From an uncultured Thermoprotei archaeon (GTDB lineage: Archaea > Thermoproteota > Thermoprotei > Thermofilales > B15-G2), in assembly GCA_965367815.1 (NCBI GenBank), contig CBDUKN010000014.1:1-64000 (forward strand): a stretch of 64,000 bases of DNA. The letters are read 5' to 3'. Each line of letters starts with the position of its first letter. The stretch's first letter is position 1. Shown one piece after another: positions 9,243-17,717 of this stretch. The notes beneath the pieces were generated by a model, which saw only the letters and a program-made list of their open reading frames with translations, made no database searches and was not told where the DNA came from. A program made the position numbers and the translations under genes.

Positions 9243-9791
9243 GTGATAGTAACTACGCTACCTACTTTGCCCGGATATAAGGTAAAGAAAATTATTGGGC
9301 CTGTTTACGGGCTAACCATTAGAACAAGAGGGCTTGGAGGACAGATAGCTGCTTCGCTTGAAGCTCTAGCGGGCGGAGAAGTAACAGCTTATGTAGTAGA
9401 AGCACTCAAAGCGCGTAGAGAGGCTCTTCAGCGAATGATAAATATGGCCAAAAAACTTGGAGCAAACGCTGTAATAGGTACCGATTTTGAAACCTCAGAC
9501 ATAATGAATGGTACTGCTACAATGTTCTCTTGCTATGGAACAGCAGTTATTGTAGAAAAAATTGACCCTGATATAGAAGCAGTAGACTACGAAGAAATAG
9601 CCAATCAAATGATATTAACTAAGACTACAGAAGACCTGACTACAGAAGAGGCTTATAGCAAACTGCTAATGAGATATACTTTAATTTATGGAAGCCGTGC
9701 CGAAAAAATGTTAGAGAAAGATATTAAGCAATTAATGTCAAGAGAAAATATTTCTAGAGAAGAAGCTATCCGAAAACTTTTAGCTAAGTAA
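9243..9791 (+). CDS. YbjQ/UPF0145 putative heavy-metal-binding protein with C-terminal extension
   Basis: MIVTT..LPGY, GGEV..Y, AREEAL-like motif, LGANAVIG, YGTAV; extra ~75 aa ending SREEAIRKL. Confidence 0.85.
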   Translation: MIVTTLPTLPGYKVKKIIGPVYGLTIRTRGLGGQIAASLEALAGGEVTAYVVEALKARREALQRMINMAKKLGANAVIGTDFETSDIMNGTATMFSCYGTAVIVEKIDPDIEAVDYEEIANQMILTKTTEDLTTEEAYSKLLMRYTLIYGSRAEKMLEKDIKQLMSRENISREEAIRKLLAK

Positions 9792-10058
9792 TTTAACTCT
9801 TAGAAGACTCTTTAAGTAAAGAATTATTTTCATGGATTCTATGTTAAATATCTTTTACTAAATCTTTAGTACATTTAAATCTCTGTGATATTTCCTACTC
9901 CAATGTTCGCGTAAACTTATTATCTGCTTACAGAGAAATTTCTGAAAAAGAATGCACTTAATTAATGGAACTTATAAACCATAAGCTCTACATAAATATC
10001 CATATTAATTAAAATAGCAAACAAAATACTTGAAGAAGAGGTTAGTTTCGAGTATCTG

Positions 10059-10517
10059 TTAGCTGCAGCTTGCTTTGAGGTATCCTATAGCTATTCCTGT
10101 GAAAGCTATAAAGAAAAAGTATCTTAGAGTAAAAATGTTAAAAAATGCAGCTATCATTATATCTATGGCTAATCTATATTCTAAGATACTTCTATAAGTT
10201 ATTAATATCTCAATTAAACTCCCAATATAAGACCCTAAGATTAATGAAAGAGTTGAAGAAAGTAGTTTCCTCTTTAAATCAATTTTCCTACCAATTAAAT
10301 AAAACATAAACACTATTATCATTATTAAAAGTAAGTATATAGTAGCTATAAAGTAGTTAACTGATATGTAGCTATTAGTTGCCTTTAAAAAGTATAGTTT
10401 AAGACTTATTAGATAATACGAAGCTCCACTTAGTAATAAATAAAAAATTAGAGAGGCTATAAATATTAAAACAGTATTCTTCTCTACGCGGAAATGGAAG
10501 CTATTTATATTTTTCAT
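10059..10517 (-). CDS. Hypothetical membrane protein (about 4 TM helices), very AT-rich
   Basis: Hydrophobic stretches; GGGAG SD-like motif upstream. Confidence 0.6.
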   Translation of the reverse strand: MKNINSFHFRVEKNTVLIFIASLIFYLLLSGASYYLISLKLYFLKATNSYISVNYFIATIYLLLIMIIVFMFYLIGRKIDLKRKLLSSTLSLILGSYIGSLIEILITYRSILEYRLAIDIMIAAFFNIFTLRYFFFIAFTGIAIGYLKASCS

Positions 10518-10849
10518 AGTCTACTCCCTTCAGCACCCATGTAAGGTGGCACTATCACTATCAGTATATGTTAGTCCTTAAGGGCTAATATACTTTACTT
10601 CAGCAGTTATAGTAGTTGTAACACCAGACTGAAATTCGGCTTTCTGATAAACCTTGGATACTTCTTTCACAGGTCATTATTGTTATGGAAATATAATTTT
10701 ATTAAGTAAAGCAAAACTTTTTCTAGGTTATAGTAACGTTGACTCCTCTCTGGGAAACCTGTTGATATATTTGTTCTCGAATATTTGATGTAAAAGCCTA
10801 TTTTTATTAATGAATACTATGTCAGTTTCAGTAAATAGGTAGTTCACCT

Positions 10850-11195
10850 ATTTTCTCCATAGACTTTGTTCTCATTTTCTAGCGTAGAGAATACTTACAG
10901 CGGCCGAAAGAATTACATTCAGTTTAATCGAATTGGCAGTACAGTGTATCTCTTCAACAAATTCTGTCGTTACTAGACATCTCTGCTCATGTATTCTTTC
11001 TAATATTTATCAAAGCTTAGCTCTCTGTAGAAGCCTAAATCGTCTTCTAAGCTTACCCCACCAATATCATGTCTCTCGATAAGCTCTCTAATGTAGCTCA
11101 ACACGTATTTTTCCGCCTCAGGGCGGCTGAATTCAATCTATATACTCCCTTTAAGTAGGCGAGAATACCGTTAGTATATACTATAGCCTGTTCCT
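10850..11195 (-). pseudogene. Degraded GHL10 (DUF187, glycosyl hydrolase-like 10) fragment
   Basis: Manual translation across stops and shifts: *IEFSRPEAEKYVLSYIRELIERHDIGGVSLEDDLGF and EQRCLVTTEFVEEIHCTANSIKLNVILSAAV, resembling the GHL10 W.NP..PEV..Y......Y.VDG..LDD and ITEFV.......KP.V..SAAV blocks. Confidence 0.6.
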
Positions 11196-11265
11196 ATAAA
11201 TGCTGCAAAAATGGAAAATATTGTAAGCTCTTAACATATAGGCAAATAAATTCGACTAATCTATA

Positions 11266-11685
11266 TTACTGCGTAACTGAACCACTTTGACTCTTCTCTC
11301 GTCTGACAACTTTGCCGCAGTACCGGCACTTTGAGTAGGCATAGAGTTTTGGAATATGAGCGGGAAACTCTACGTAATTACAGTGAGCTATTTCCACTAC
11401 ATATTTTCCAAAAGTATCTACGTCCATGTCATCGTCTATTATAAGTCTTTCTATATGACAAAATCTTACTGGAGCATTTAATTCAATTAAATCTTCTTTA
11501 GATACTACTACTTCATTGTAGTAAGATATCTCGTAACCCTTTTTATGGAGTCTTTGGAGATAATATGTCATTGCTTCTGTTACAAGCTCTCCTATGCTTT
11601 TATTCTGTCTTCTAGCTTCAGCAGAAAACTCTCTGTATACTTTTTCGTCTATTCCTCGAATAGTAACATCTATCACCAGAATCAC
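11266..11685 (-). CDS. Ribbon-helix-helix DNA-binding protein with Cys-containing C-terminal domain (likely start GTG 11676)
   Basis: DVTIRGIDEKVYREFSAEARRQNKSIGELVTEAM has the RHH pattern. Confidence 0.65.
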   Translation of the reverse strand: MILVIDVTIRGIDEKVYREFSAEARRQNKSIGELVTEAMTYYLQRLHKKGYEISYYNEVVVSKEDLIELNAPVRFCHIERLIIDDDMDVDTFGKYVVEIAHCNYVEFPAHIPKLYAYSKCRYCGKVVRREKSQSGSVTQ

Positions 11686-11686
11686 C

Positions 11687-11706
11687 TGTGTAACCAGTGT
11701 AACACA
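11687..11706. promoter_or_regulatory. Putative RHH operator (GTGTAAC tandem repeat, near-palindrome)
   Basis: TGTGTAAC-CAGT-GTAACACA lies between a TTTATATA box (about 11709-11717, minus strand) and the RHH gene start. Confidence 0.5.
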
Positions 11707-11801
11707 AGTATATAAATTTAACTCGAAGATAATTATAGTAAATGCTAATTTTGTTAAACTGAAAAATAAAGATTTAATTATTTGCTGTAGGCTTTAATAA
11801 G

Positions 11802-13040
11802 CTATATTTTTATCTTTTTTGCTAGCTCTTCTAAAGTTTCTTTTTCTTCTTTTTCTCCCTTATAGTCGTATATAACGGCAGCGACTAACATTTTGACACA
11901 TTGTAAAGCCTTTTCTGCTAGTTCTTTGTTGTCAAGTTTGCGGACTAGAAGTGAAGCATAGCCTAAAGGAATTGCTTCTGATAAAATATGGTATTTAGTG
12001 TATTTCATGTCTTCTGGTAAGCCTTTATTCCATTTTTCTAATACTTTTTTGACTCCTATTCTTTTAATATCTTTAATTAAAGGCTCGATGAGATAGAGAA
12101 GAAATTTTAGGTTCTTTTCAGCTACTCTTTTTATTGCTTCTTTTATTTCTTCGTCAGTGACTTCATTTAAGTTTTTGAAATTTAATTCCATTACAACGTC
12201 TCTGTAGTATAGAGCCCAGGGATCTAGGTAGGGGAGGTATCTTAAAGGTTTAATAGCTTCTTTAGGTAAGTGTGTACGCCTAACGTATTCTGCAATTATT
12301 TGTTCTGGATTCTCGTGGGAAACTTCGAAACTGTTGCTTCTTATAAATGGTATGTATAGTTCGGGTAATCCGCCTGTTGTCGGTAGAAATACTCCCCATT
12401 CTTCTAGTTCCTTGCTGAGCTCAGTTAGCTTACTCCACTCCTTTTTCGATAACTGTGCTTTAATTTCTTCAAGAAACTTCTTTCTGTACTCTACTTCCTC
12501 TTTAGGCCACTTTTCTTTAACTTTTTCTAAAAGTTTTTCCTCTCTAGGCGCGTGAGGCAAATATCTCATCTGTTCTAGTAATGTATGAACTCTTGACTTT
12601 TCTTCTATTCTCAGAGGAGCCTTAGGTACTGTTCTATAAAATTCATCTCCTTTAATTTCTCCGAAGACAGCTACTGAGGAGGGTAAGGCTAGAAGATGTA
12701 AACTAATTAAGCTTCTTAAGTCAGCCTCTACTTTCAAATACCCCTTCCTTAAAGCTAAGTCTAAGTCCAAGACAGCTAAGGGCTTCGCTGTCCCAACAGA
12801 CCCCTCAACAATTACTCCTTCCTCAACGAGCTTCCCGACAAGTCTCCTGAGCTTAGAATAAGGTATACCGAGCTCTCTCTCCATTGCCCTTAAGGTACGC
12901 TTATCAGGCCTAAGACTGTTTACTAGAAGATAGGTTACTATTTCTTTCATAACTTCTTTCTCAAGCTTCTCTACTTTTCTGCTCAAATCTAAGTACTCTC
13001 TTATTGGACTTGAGGAGGACATCAATAAATATTCTACCAA
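11802..13040 (-). CDS. Large hypothetical protein with N-terminal winged-helix DNA-binding domain
   Basis: TLRAMERELGIPYSKLRRLVGKLVEEGVIVE HTH-wing pattern; helical C-terminus of unknown function. Confidence 0.65.
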   Translation of the reverse strand: MVEYLLMSSSSPIREYLDLSRKVEKLEKEVMKEIVTYLLVNSLRPDKRTLRAMERELGIPYSKLRRLVGKLVEEGVIVEGSVGTAKPLAVLDLDLALRKGYLKVEADLRSLISLHLLALPSSVAVFGEIKGDEFYRTVPKAPLRIEEKSRVHTLLEQMRYLPHAPREEKLLEKVKEKWPKEEVEYRKKFLEEIKAQLSKKEWSKLTELSKELEEWGVFLPTTGGLPELYIPFIRSNSFEVSHENPEQIIAEYVRRTHLPKEAIKPLRYLPYLDPWALYYRDVVMELNFKNLNEVTDEEIKEAIKRVAEKNLKFLLYLIEPLIKDIKRIGVKKVLEKWNKGLPEDMKYTKYHILSEAIPLGYASLLVRKLDNKELAEKALQCVKMLVAAVIYDYKGEKEEKETLEELAKKIKI

Positions 13041-13077
13041 TTGATTATTTAAATCTTTTGGTTTAAATAATCAATTG
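13038..13077. promoter_or_regulatory. 16-bp perfect inverted repeat over the promoter and start of the wHTH gene
   Basis: CAATTGATTATTTAAA (13038-13053), 8-nt spacer, TTTAAATAATCAATTG (13062-13077). Confidence 0.75.
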
Positions 13078-13187
13078 ATTCACCGAATCTCGGGCTAAAA
13101 ACTATGACGTTAACTATTAAATATGAAATAAGTGTTTGTTTTTATTAAGATTTATATAATATTAAAATTATATTAAGGTAAATATGT

Positions 13188-13904
13188 TTATTTTTCTGCA
13201 ATTATTTCTAATACTTTGCTACTTTTGTAACCATATTTAAGTGCTGTTTCTTCTACTTCCTTTATTTTGTTTTCAAGAATTCTTCTAGTATTCTCGTCTT
13301 CTATCATTTTAACAAGAGACTTTGTTTCTTTACCCCATCCACATTCTTTAACAAATACTTCACCCGGTATCTTCTTCCCTCTCTCCATTTTTCTCCAAGT
13401 AACTTTATTGAAATATTTCTTTACTATGTTCAGGTATTCTTCTGGTTTTTGTAGGCCCCATAGTTTTATTCCTTTGGCTTCTCTTAAAGCCTCATGGTAG
13501 AGATCTTCTATTATTAGTGAAAGAGCTTCAGCAGGATCTTTTGGCTTATATAGATACTTGTCTACTATGATAAGCTTTCCGCCGGCTTTTAGTATTCTCT
13601 TCGCTTCTTTTACTGCCTTTTCTACTTCTTCTTTTCCTCCAGCTAACTCATGTAGCACTAGTATTGATATAGCGGTATCTATAGAAGATTCTCTTAAAGG
13701 TAAATACGTGATAGATCCGCATACTAAGTGTAGTTTTTGCTCTCTATACTGATTTTTGGCTTCATGTAGCTTATTGAAGTCTATTTCTATGGCTACTACT
13801 TCTCTTACTTTAGGGTTTTCTAAGAGAGACTTAGCAAATCTGACTCTACCAGCCCCCAGGTCTACTATTATTCCATTAGCATGAGCTAAGACCTCTTTAA
13901 ACAC
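13188..13904 (-). CDS. Class I SAM-dependent methyltransferase
   Basis: IVDLGAGRV, VVAIEID, LPLRESSID, LHEL, RILKAGGKLIIVD. Confidence 0.88.
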   Translation of the reverse strand: MFKEVLAHANGIIVDLGAGRVRFAKSLLENPKVREVVAIEIDFNKLHEAKNQYREQKLHLVCGSITYLPLRESSIDTAISILVLHELAGGKEEVEKAVKEAKRILKAGGKLIIVDKYLYKPKDPAEALSLIIEDLYHEALREAKGIKLWGLQKPEEYLNIVKKYFNKVTWRKMERGKKIPGEVFVKECGWGKETKSLVKMIEDENTRRILENKIKEVEETALKYGYKSSKVLEIIAEK

Positions 13905-14138
13905 GCTGAGATTAGATACTTTGCTGAGAATTTATGCTTTCTGCGCTAAGCGAGAATATTCTTTACTCTCGAATTTAGTATAAGTCTAGCTTAAGACCTT
14001 TTGATAAGTTTTCGCAGCTTTCTCTAAACCATAGTTGTAATTTATCTTCTGTAATTATTGATTATAGTCTATTGCCTTTATAGCTGTACTCGGGCATTGA
14101 TCTGATATAATTATTAATTAGGCTGTCAAACTTATATA

Positions 14139-14165
14139 CTACTTGGTATACTTTTCTACCTGGTA
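14139..14165. promoter_or_regulatory. Putative antitoxin operator (CTACYTGGTA x2)
   Basis: CTACTTGGTA (14139-14148) and CTACCTGGTA (14156-14165) between a CTTATATA box and ATG 14170. Confidence 0.45.
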
Positions 14166-14169
14166 ACAT

Positions 14170-14490
14170 ATGGCTTACACTAGTGTTAAATTAAGAATTG
14201 AAGCTAAAAAGAAGCTTGAAGAACTTCAAGCTAGACTTAGGCTTCGTGGAATTAAAGTACCTCTATACGAGATTCTTGAGAAACTTATTGAGCTGGGAAT
14301 AGAGAATGAAGAAATTCTTCTTAATAAATTTAAGTTTAGGGAAAGCGTAGAGGATCCCATGTTAAAGCTTTTAGATAAGCCTCTTGACTGGGGTGTAGAG
14401 GACGCTTCTACAAGGATAGATGAAGTTTTATATGGTGGTAGTCGTGGCAGTATTCATAGATACAGGAATATTCGTTGCAGCAAGGAATAA
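14170..14490 (+). CDS. vapB: VapB-type antitoxin
   Basis: Small, RHH-like N-terminus (YTSVKL...), WGVEDAS..IDEVLYG tail; overlaps the PIN gene. Confidence 0.75.
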   Translation: MAYTSVKLRIEAKKKLEELQARLRLRGIKVPLYEILEKLIELGIENEEILLNKFKFRESVEDPMLKLLDKPLDWGVEDASTRIDEVLYGGSRGSIHRYRNIRCSKE

Positions 14491-14851
14491 AAGAGACTTA
14501 CATCATGAGCGGGCGACAAGTCTTTTAAAAATGGCTTTGAAGGGAAGTTATGGAGCAATGTATACGTCCGACTATATACTTGATGAGGCTGTTACTGTTG
14601 CTTTAGTGAGAACAGGAAAACCCGAAATAGCTATTGATATAGGGAACTTCATATTGTCTTCAAGAAAACTGAGGATTGTATATGTAGATAAAGTTATTTT
14701 TGAAGAAGCTTGGAAAATATTCACTAAGTATTCTGAGAAGAAGTTAAGTTTTACAGACGCTACATCTATAGCTATTATGAAAATATATGATATAGATTTT
14801 ATCATGAGTTTTGATAAACATTTTGACGGTATAGTGCCGAGAATATTCTAA
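14444..14851 (+). CDS. vapC: VapC PIN-domain toxin (start taken as GTG 14444)
   Basis: VFIDTG, SDYILDE, LSFTDA, SFDKHFD. Confidence 0.9.
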   Translation: MAVFIDTGIFVAARNKRDLHHERATSLLKMALKGSYGAMYTSDYILDEAVTVALVRTGKPEIAIDIGNFILSSRKLRIVYVDKVIFEEAWKIFTKYSEKKLSFTDATSIAIMKIYDIDFIMSFDKHFDGIVPRIF

Positions 14852-15022
14852 CATAAGCTTAGTCTTTCAGAAATGAGTTAAGTTATAATATTCCCTCTAC
14901 GACTTTATTGCAGTTTACTGCTTCTGTCTTTTCACTATAAGGCCTCTATATCTTTAGTTTATGTAGATTTTGTGGTCTTAAATACTTTAATGAAACTATA
15001 GTTAAACTACTTGCTGGAAATT

Positions 15023-15763
15023 CTACTCTTTATTATTTATCATATTATATGCGATTGAGAATGTTTCCTCTGCTTCTTTAATGGAAGCTATTCATACTGC
15101 GACTGATTTAATAAAATCCAAGCTGAATACGTACTCAAATGCTTCTTTTACCGGAATTATTCCTGCTCCTAGAACTTTTTTCCCTATAATATTTAGTCCT
15201 GAATCTCTATAGAGGGCTAGTACTTTGTCGCGGTCACCCATGAAAATTCCCTGTTTATTAATAGGAGCCATCAATACTTCAGTTAGTTTTTGCTCCTTAA
15301 TGAAGGGTACTGTTTTCCAAGGCTCGTGAGTAACGAGACCATATTTTAGTCCATGTTCTTTTAGTAAATCGATTTGAGAACATATTTTTTCTAAGTCGAG
15401 AGTATCTACTATTGAAGCATGTACGAGAGCTATAGCTGCGTCGAGTTTAATTATCCAGTTTAAGCTTTCTTCATCATCGGGCATAAGTGTAGCTACTATT
15501 ACTGGCTTAATACCTGTTCTTCGAGAAGTTTCTTCTACTGCTTTAGCTAGGAAAGAATATGCTAAAAGCTGTACTCCAGTAACGCCCAGCTTAAAACAAT
15601 ACTCTAAAATCTTTACAATATTTTCTGGGTGTAATACAAAGTCGTAATAGTATTTATATGATTTTAAGCCGAATTGTCCTGCAGCTATAAAAGGTGATGT
15701 GCCTACTAGTACTTTAGGTATTTTTACTCCACTTAACTCGACTAAAGGGAAAGAGAATTTCAC
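15023..15763 (-). CDS. Aldo/keto-reductase-fold hypothetical protein with a premature TGA (15092-15094) removing the last 22 residues
   Basis: IPKVLVGTSPF, GLVTH.P, MAPINKQG, KKVLGAG; in-frame continuation SVAV*IASIKEAEETF...KE* where a Gly is expected. Confidence 0.6.
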
Positions 15764-15772
15764 GCTGAAACC

Positions 15773-16504
15773 TTAGCTGAACGAAGACTCTTTCTTCATT
15801 TTCTCTAAGTATTTTTCTACTTCATCTTTACTTAGTATTCTGAACTTCTTTGTCTTAACGTCTACTAGAGCCGCATCTATTATCTCCTTTTTAGCTCCTC
15901 CTTCAATAGTCTTATCGAGTGTATAGAGTGCGAGCAACAGTGCTTTTTCTAGACTCATTTCAAGACTATAATTTTTTTCAAGTATTTTGAGTGCTTCTTC
16001 ACTACCAGATCCTATTGCATGTGCATAGAAACCGAGATATGTTCCTTGAGGATTTGTTCCATATAGCTTGGGTCCTGTTGCGTCTACTCCTGCTATGAGG
16101 AATGCTACTCCGAATGGTCTTACGCCGCCGTACTGCGTGTATATCTGTTTTATGTCGCATATTCTTCTGGCTAAAGTTTCTACGGGAATAGGTTCATCGT
16201 AAATAAGTCTATGAATCTGCGCGTATTCTCTTGCTTTATCGATTAGCACACGCGCATCAGAAGCGAAGCCTGCGAATGTTAGGCCTACGTGCTCGTCTAT
16301 CTTCTGTATTTTATCAAAAGGCTCTGCTAAAGGATACTGCTTTTTGTTGAGAACTGCTAAAACAACTCCTTCTACACACTTTACTCCGAGCGAAATGTAG
16401 CCTTTTCTAACTGCTTCAAAAGCATACTCTACTTGATATAGTCTGCCATCTGGCGAAAAAATAGTTATCGCTCTATCATATGCAATAGAGGGAGGTAACC
16501 CCAT
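15773..16504 (-). CDS. psmA: Proteasome subunit alpha
   Basis: YDRAITIFSPDGRLYQVEYA, YTQYGGVRPFGVAFLIAGVD, AIGSG. Confidence 0.97.
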   Translation of the reverse strand: MGLPPSIAYDRAITIFSPDGRLYQVEYAFEAVRKGYISLGVKCVEGVVLAVLNKKQYPLAEPFDKIQKIDEHVGLTFAGFASDARVLIDKAREYAQIHRLIYDEPIPVETLARRICDIKQIYTQYGGVRPFGVAFLIAGVDATGPKLYGTNPQGTYLGFYAHAIGSGSEEALKILEKNYSLEMSLEKALLLALYTLDKTIEGGAKKEIIDAALVDVKTKKFRILSKDEVEKYLEKMKKESSFS

Positions 16505-16676
16505 TTTATTACCTAGAGAATAAAAACAAACTAGCTTAAATTCTTTATCAGTGGGTAAGACTAAAGCAATTCAAAATAAAGCACTTAGTTCCACTAGTAT
16601 ATTTAGCGGAGCTTAATAGAGCCAATCATCTTTAGTTCTCTTTCAAGTTTATCTGAGTACTCTACATTACTTACTT

Positions 16677-17064
16677 TTACTTCAAATTCTTGCACGCTAA
16701 GCATGTAGATACAATAAGTATTCTTTTAATAAGCCTTCTACTGCTCACTAACACTAGTGTAACTTTCTTAGCCATAATTGCTAGAAGAGCTTCTTCAAGC
16801 AGGTCAGCAGTGTACTCAACTATATCTTTAACGACTCTACCGAGCAACGTAAGCCTATAAATGCCTCCTGTTTTATCTATAAGACCTTTAAGTTTTTCTA
16901 AATGATAGTTTAAAGTATTCTTATCCTTCAAGCCACTTTCTCTAAGTAAAATCAGTAAACGAGAGAGACCCGTGTTTAAATAGAAGCTCAATAACTCTTC
17001 TAGCTGGATGTGAAAGCGCCACAAAGATAGTGTTTAAGTACTCTTTGAGAATACTTTCAGCCAT
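16677..17064 (-). pseudogene. ArsR-family winged-helix regulator, frameshifted
   Basis: IFVALSHPARR..ELL...GSLSFTD then a shift near 16950 to LRESGLKDKNTLNYHLEKLKGLI.K.GGIYRLT.LG. Confidence 0.75.
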
Positions 17065-17089
17065 ACTTTGCCACCGAACGCGAGTACAG

Positions 17090-17652
17090 CTGTAGTAATT
17101 ACTAGTTTTCTCTTCTTTCATTTCTTTAAGCAACTCAAGGACTCGATACCTAAAGTCTGGGTTAAGGTTTGCTGTAGGTTCGTCGAAGAGAAGGAGTTCA
17201 GGGTCTCCTAAAAGCGCCTCTGCTAAGCCAACTCTCTGTGCGAGACTTTTGGAGAGACCCTATTTTTCTTTTTCTATACTCGTAAAGCTCTGTAAACTCA
17301 AATACTCTAATAACTTCTCTCTTAGGCGATGCTACTTCCTTTATTTTAGCTACTGACATTAAATAGTCTTCTACACTAAGTGGAACTGGATAAATTTGAT
17401 TTTCAGGCATAAAGTCTATTTTCTTTCTATTAGACTTATAGTAAATCCAAGGATTTTTACTAAAAACTTTTACTTCACCATAATCAGGTTTAATAAGCCG
17501 TGTATAATATGTAGTGTAGTAGTTTTGCCTGCTCCATTAGGACCTATGAGCCCAACTATTTCTCCTTCTTCAATAGTTAAATTAACTCCTCTAAGAGCCC
17601 TAGTCGAGCCAAATGATTTAGCGACGTCACTCAGCTCGACGATAGCCATCAT
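17090..17652 (-). pseudogene. ABC transporter ATP-binding protein, multiply frameshifted and truncated
   Basis: Walker [10 protein letters not shown]; shift near 17490 to PDYGEVKVF...MPEN; shift near 17250 to QRVGLAEALLGDPELLLFDEPTANL; H-loop missing. Confidence 0.85.
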
Positions 17653-17717
17653 GGAAAGTACTGTCTTCAATAATATAAACTGTCTTCAGGTAGAGAGTAC
17701 TCTACCTTTATAAATGC

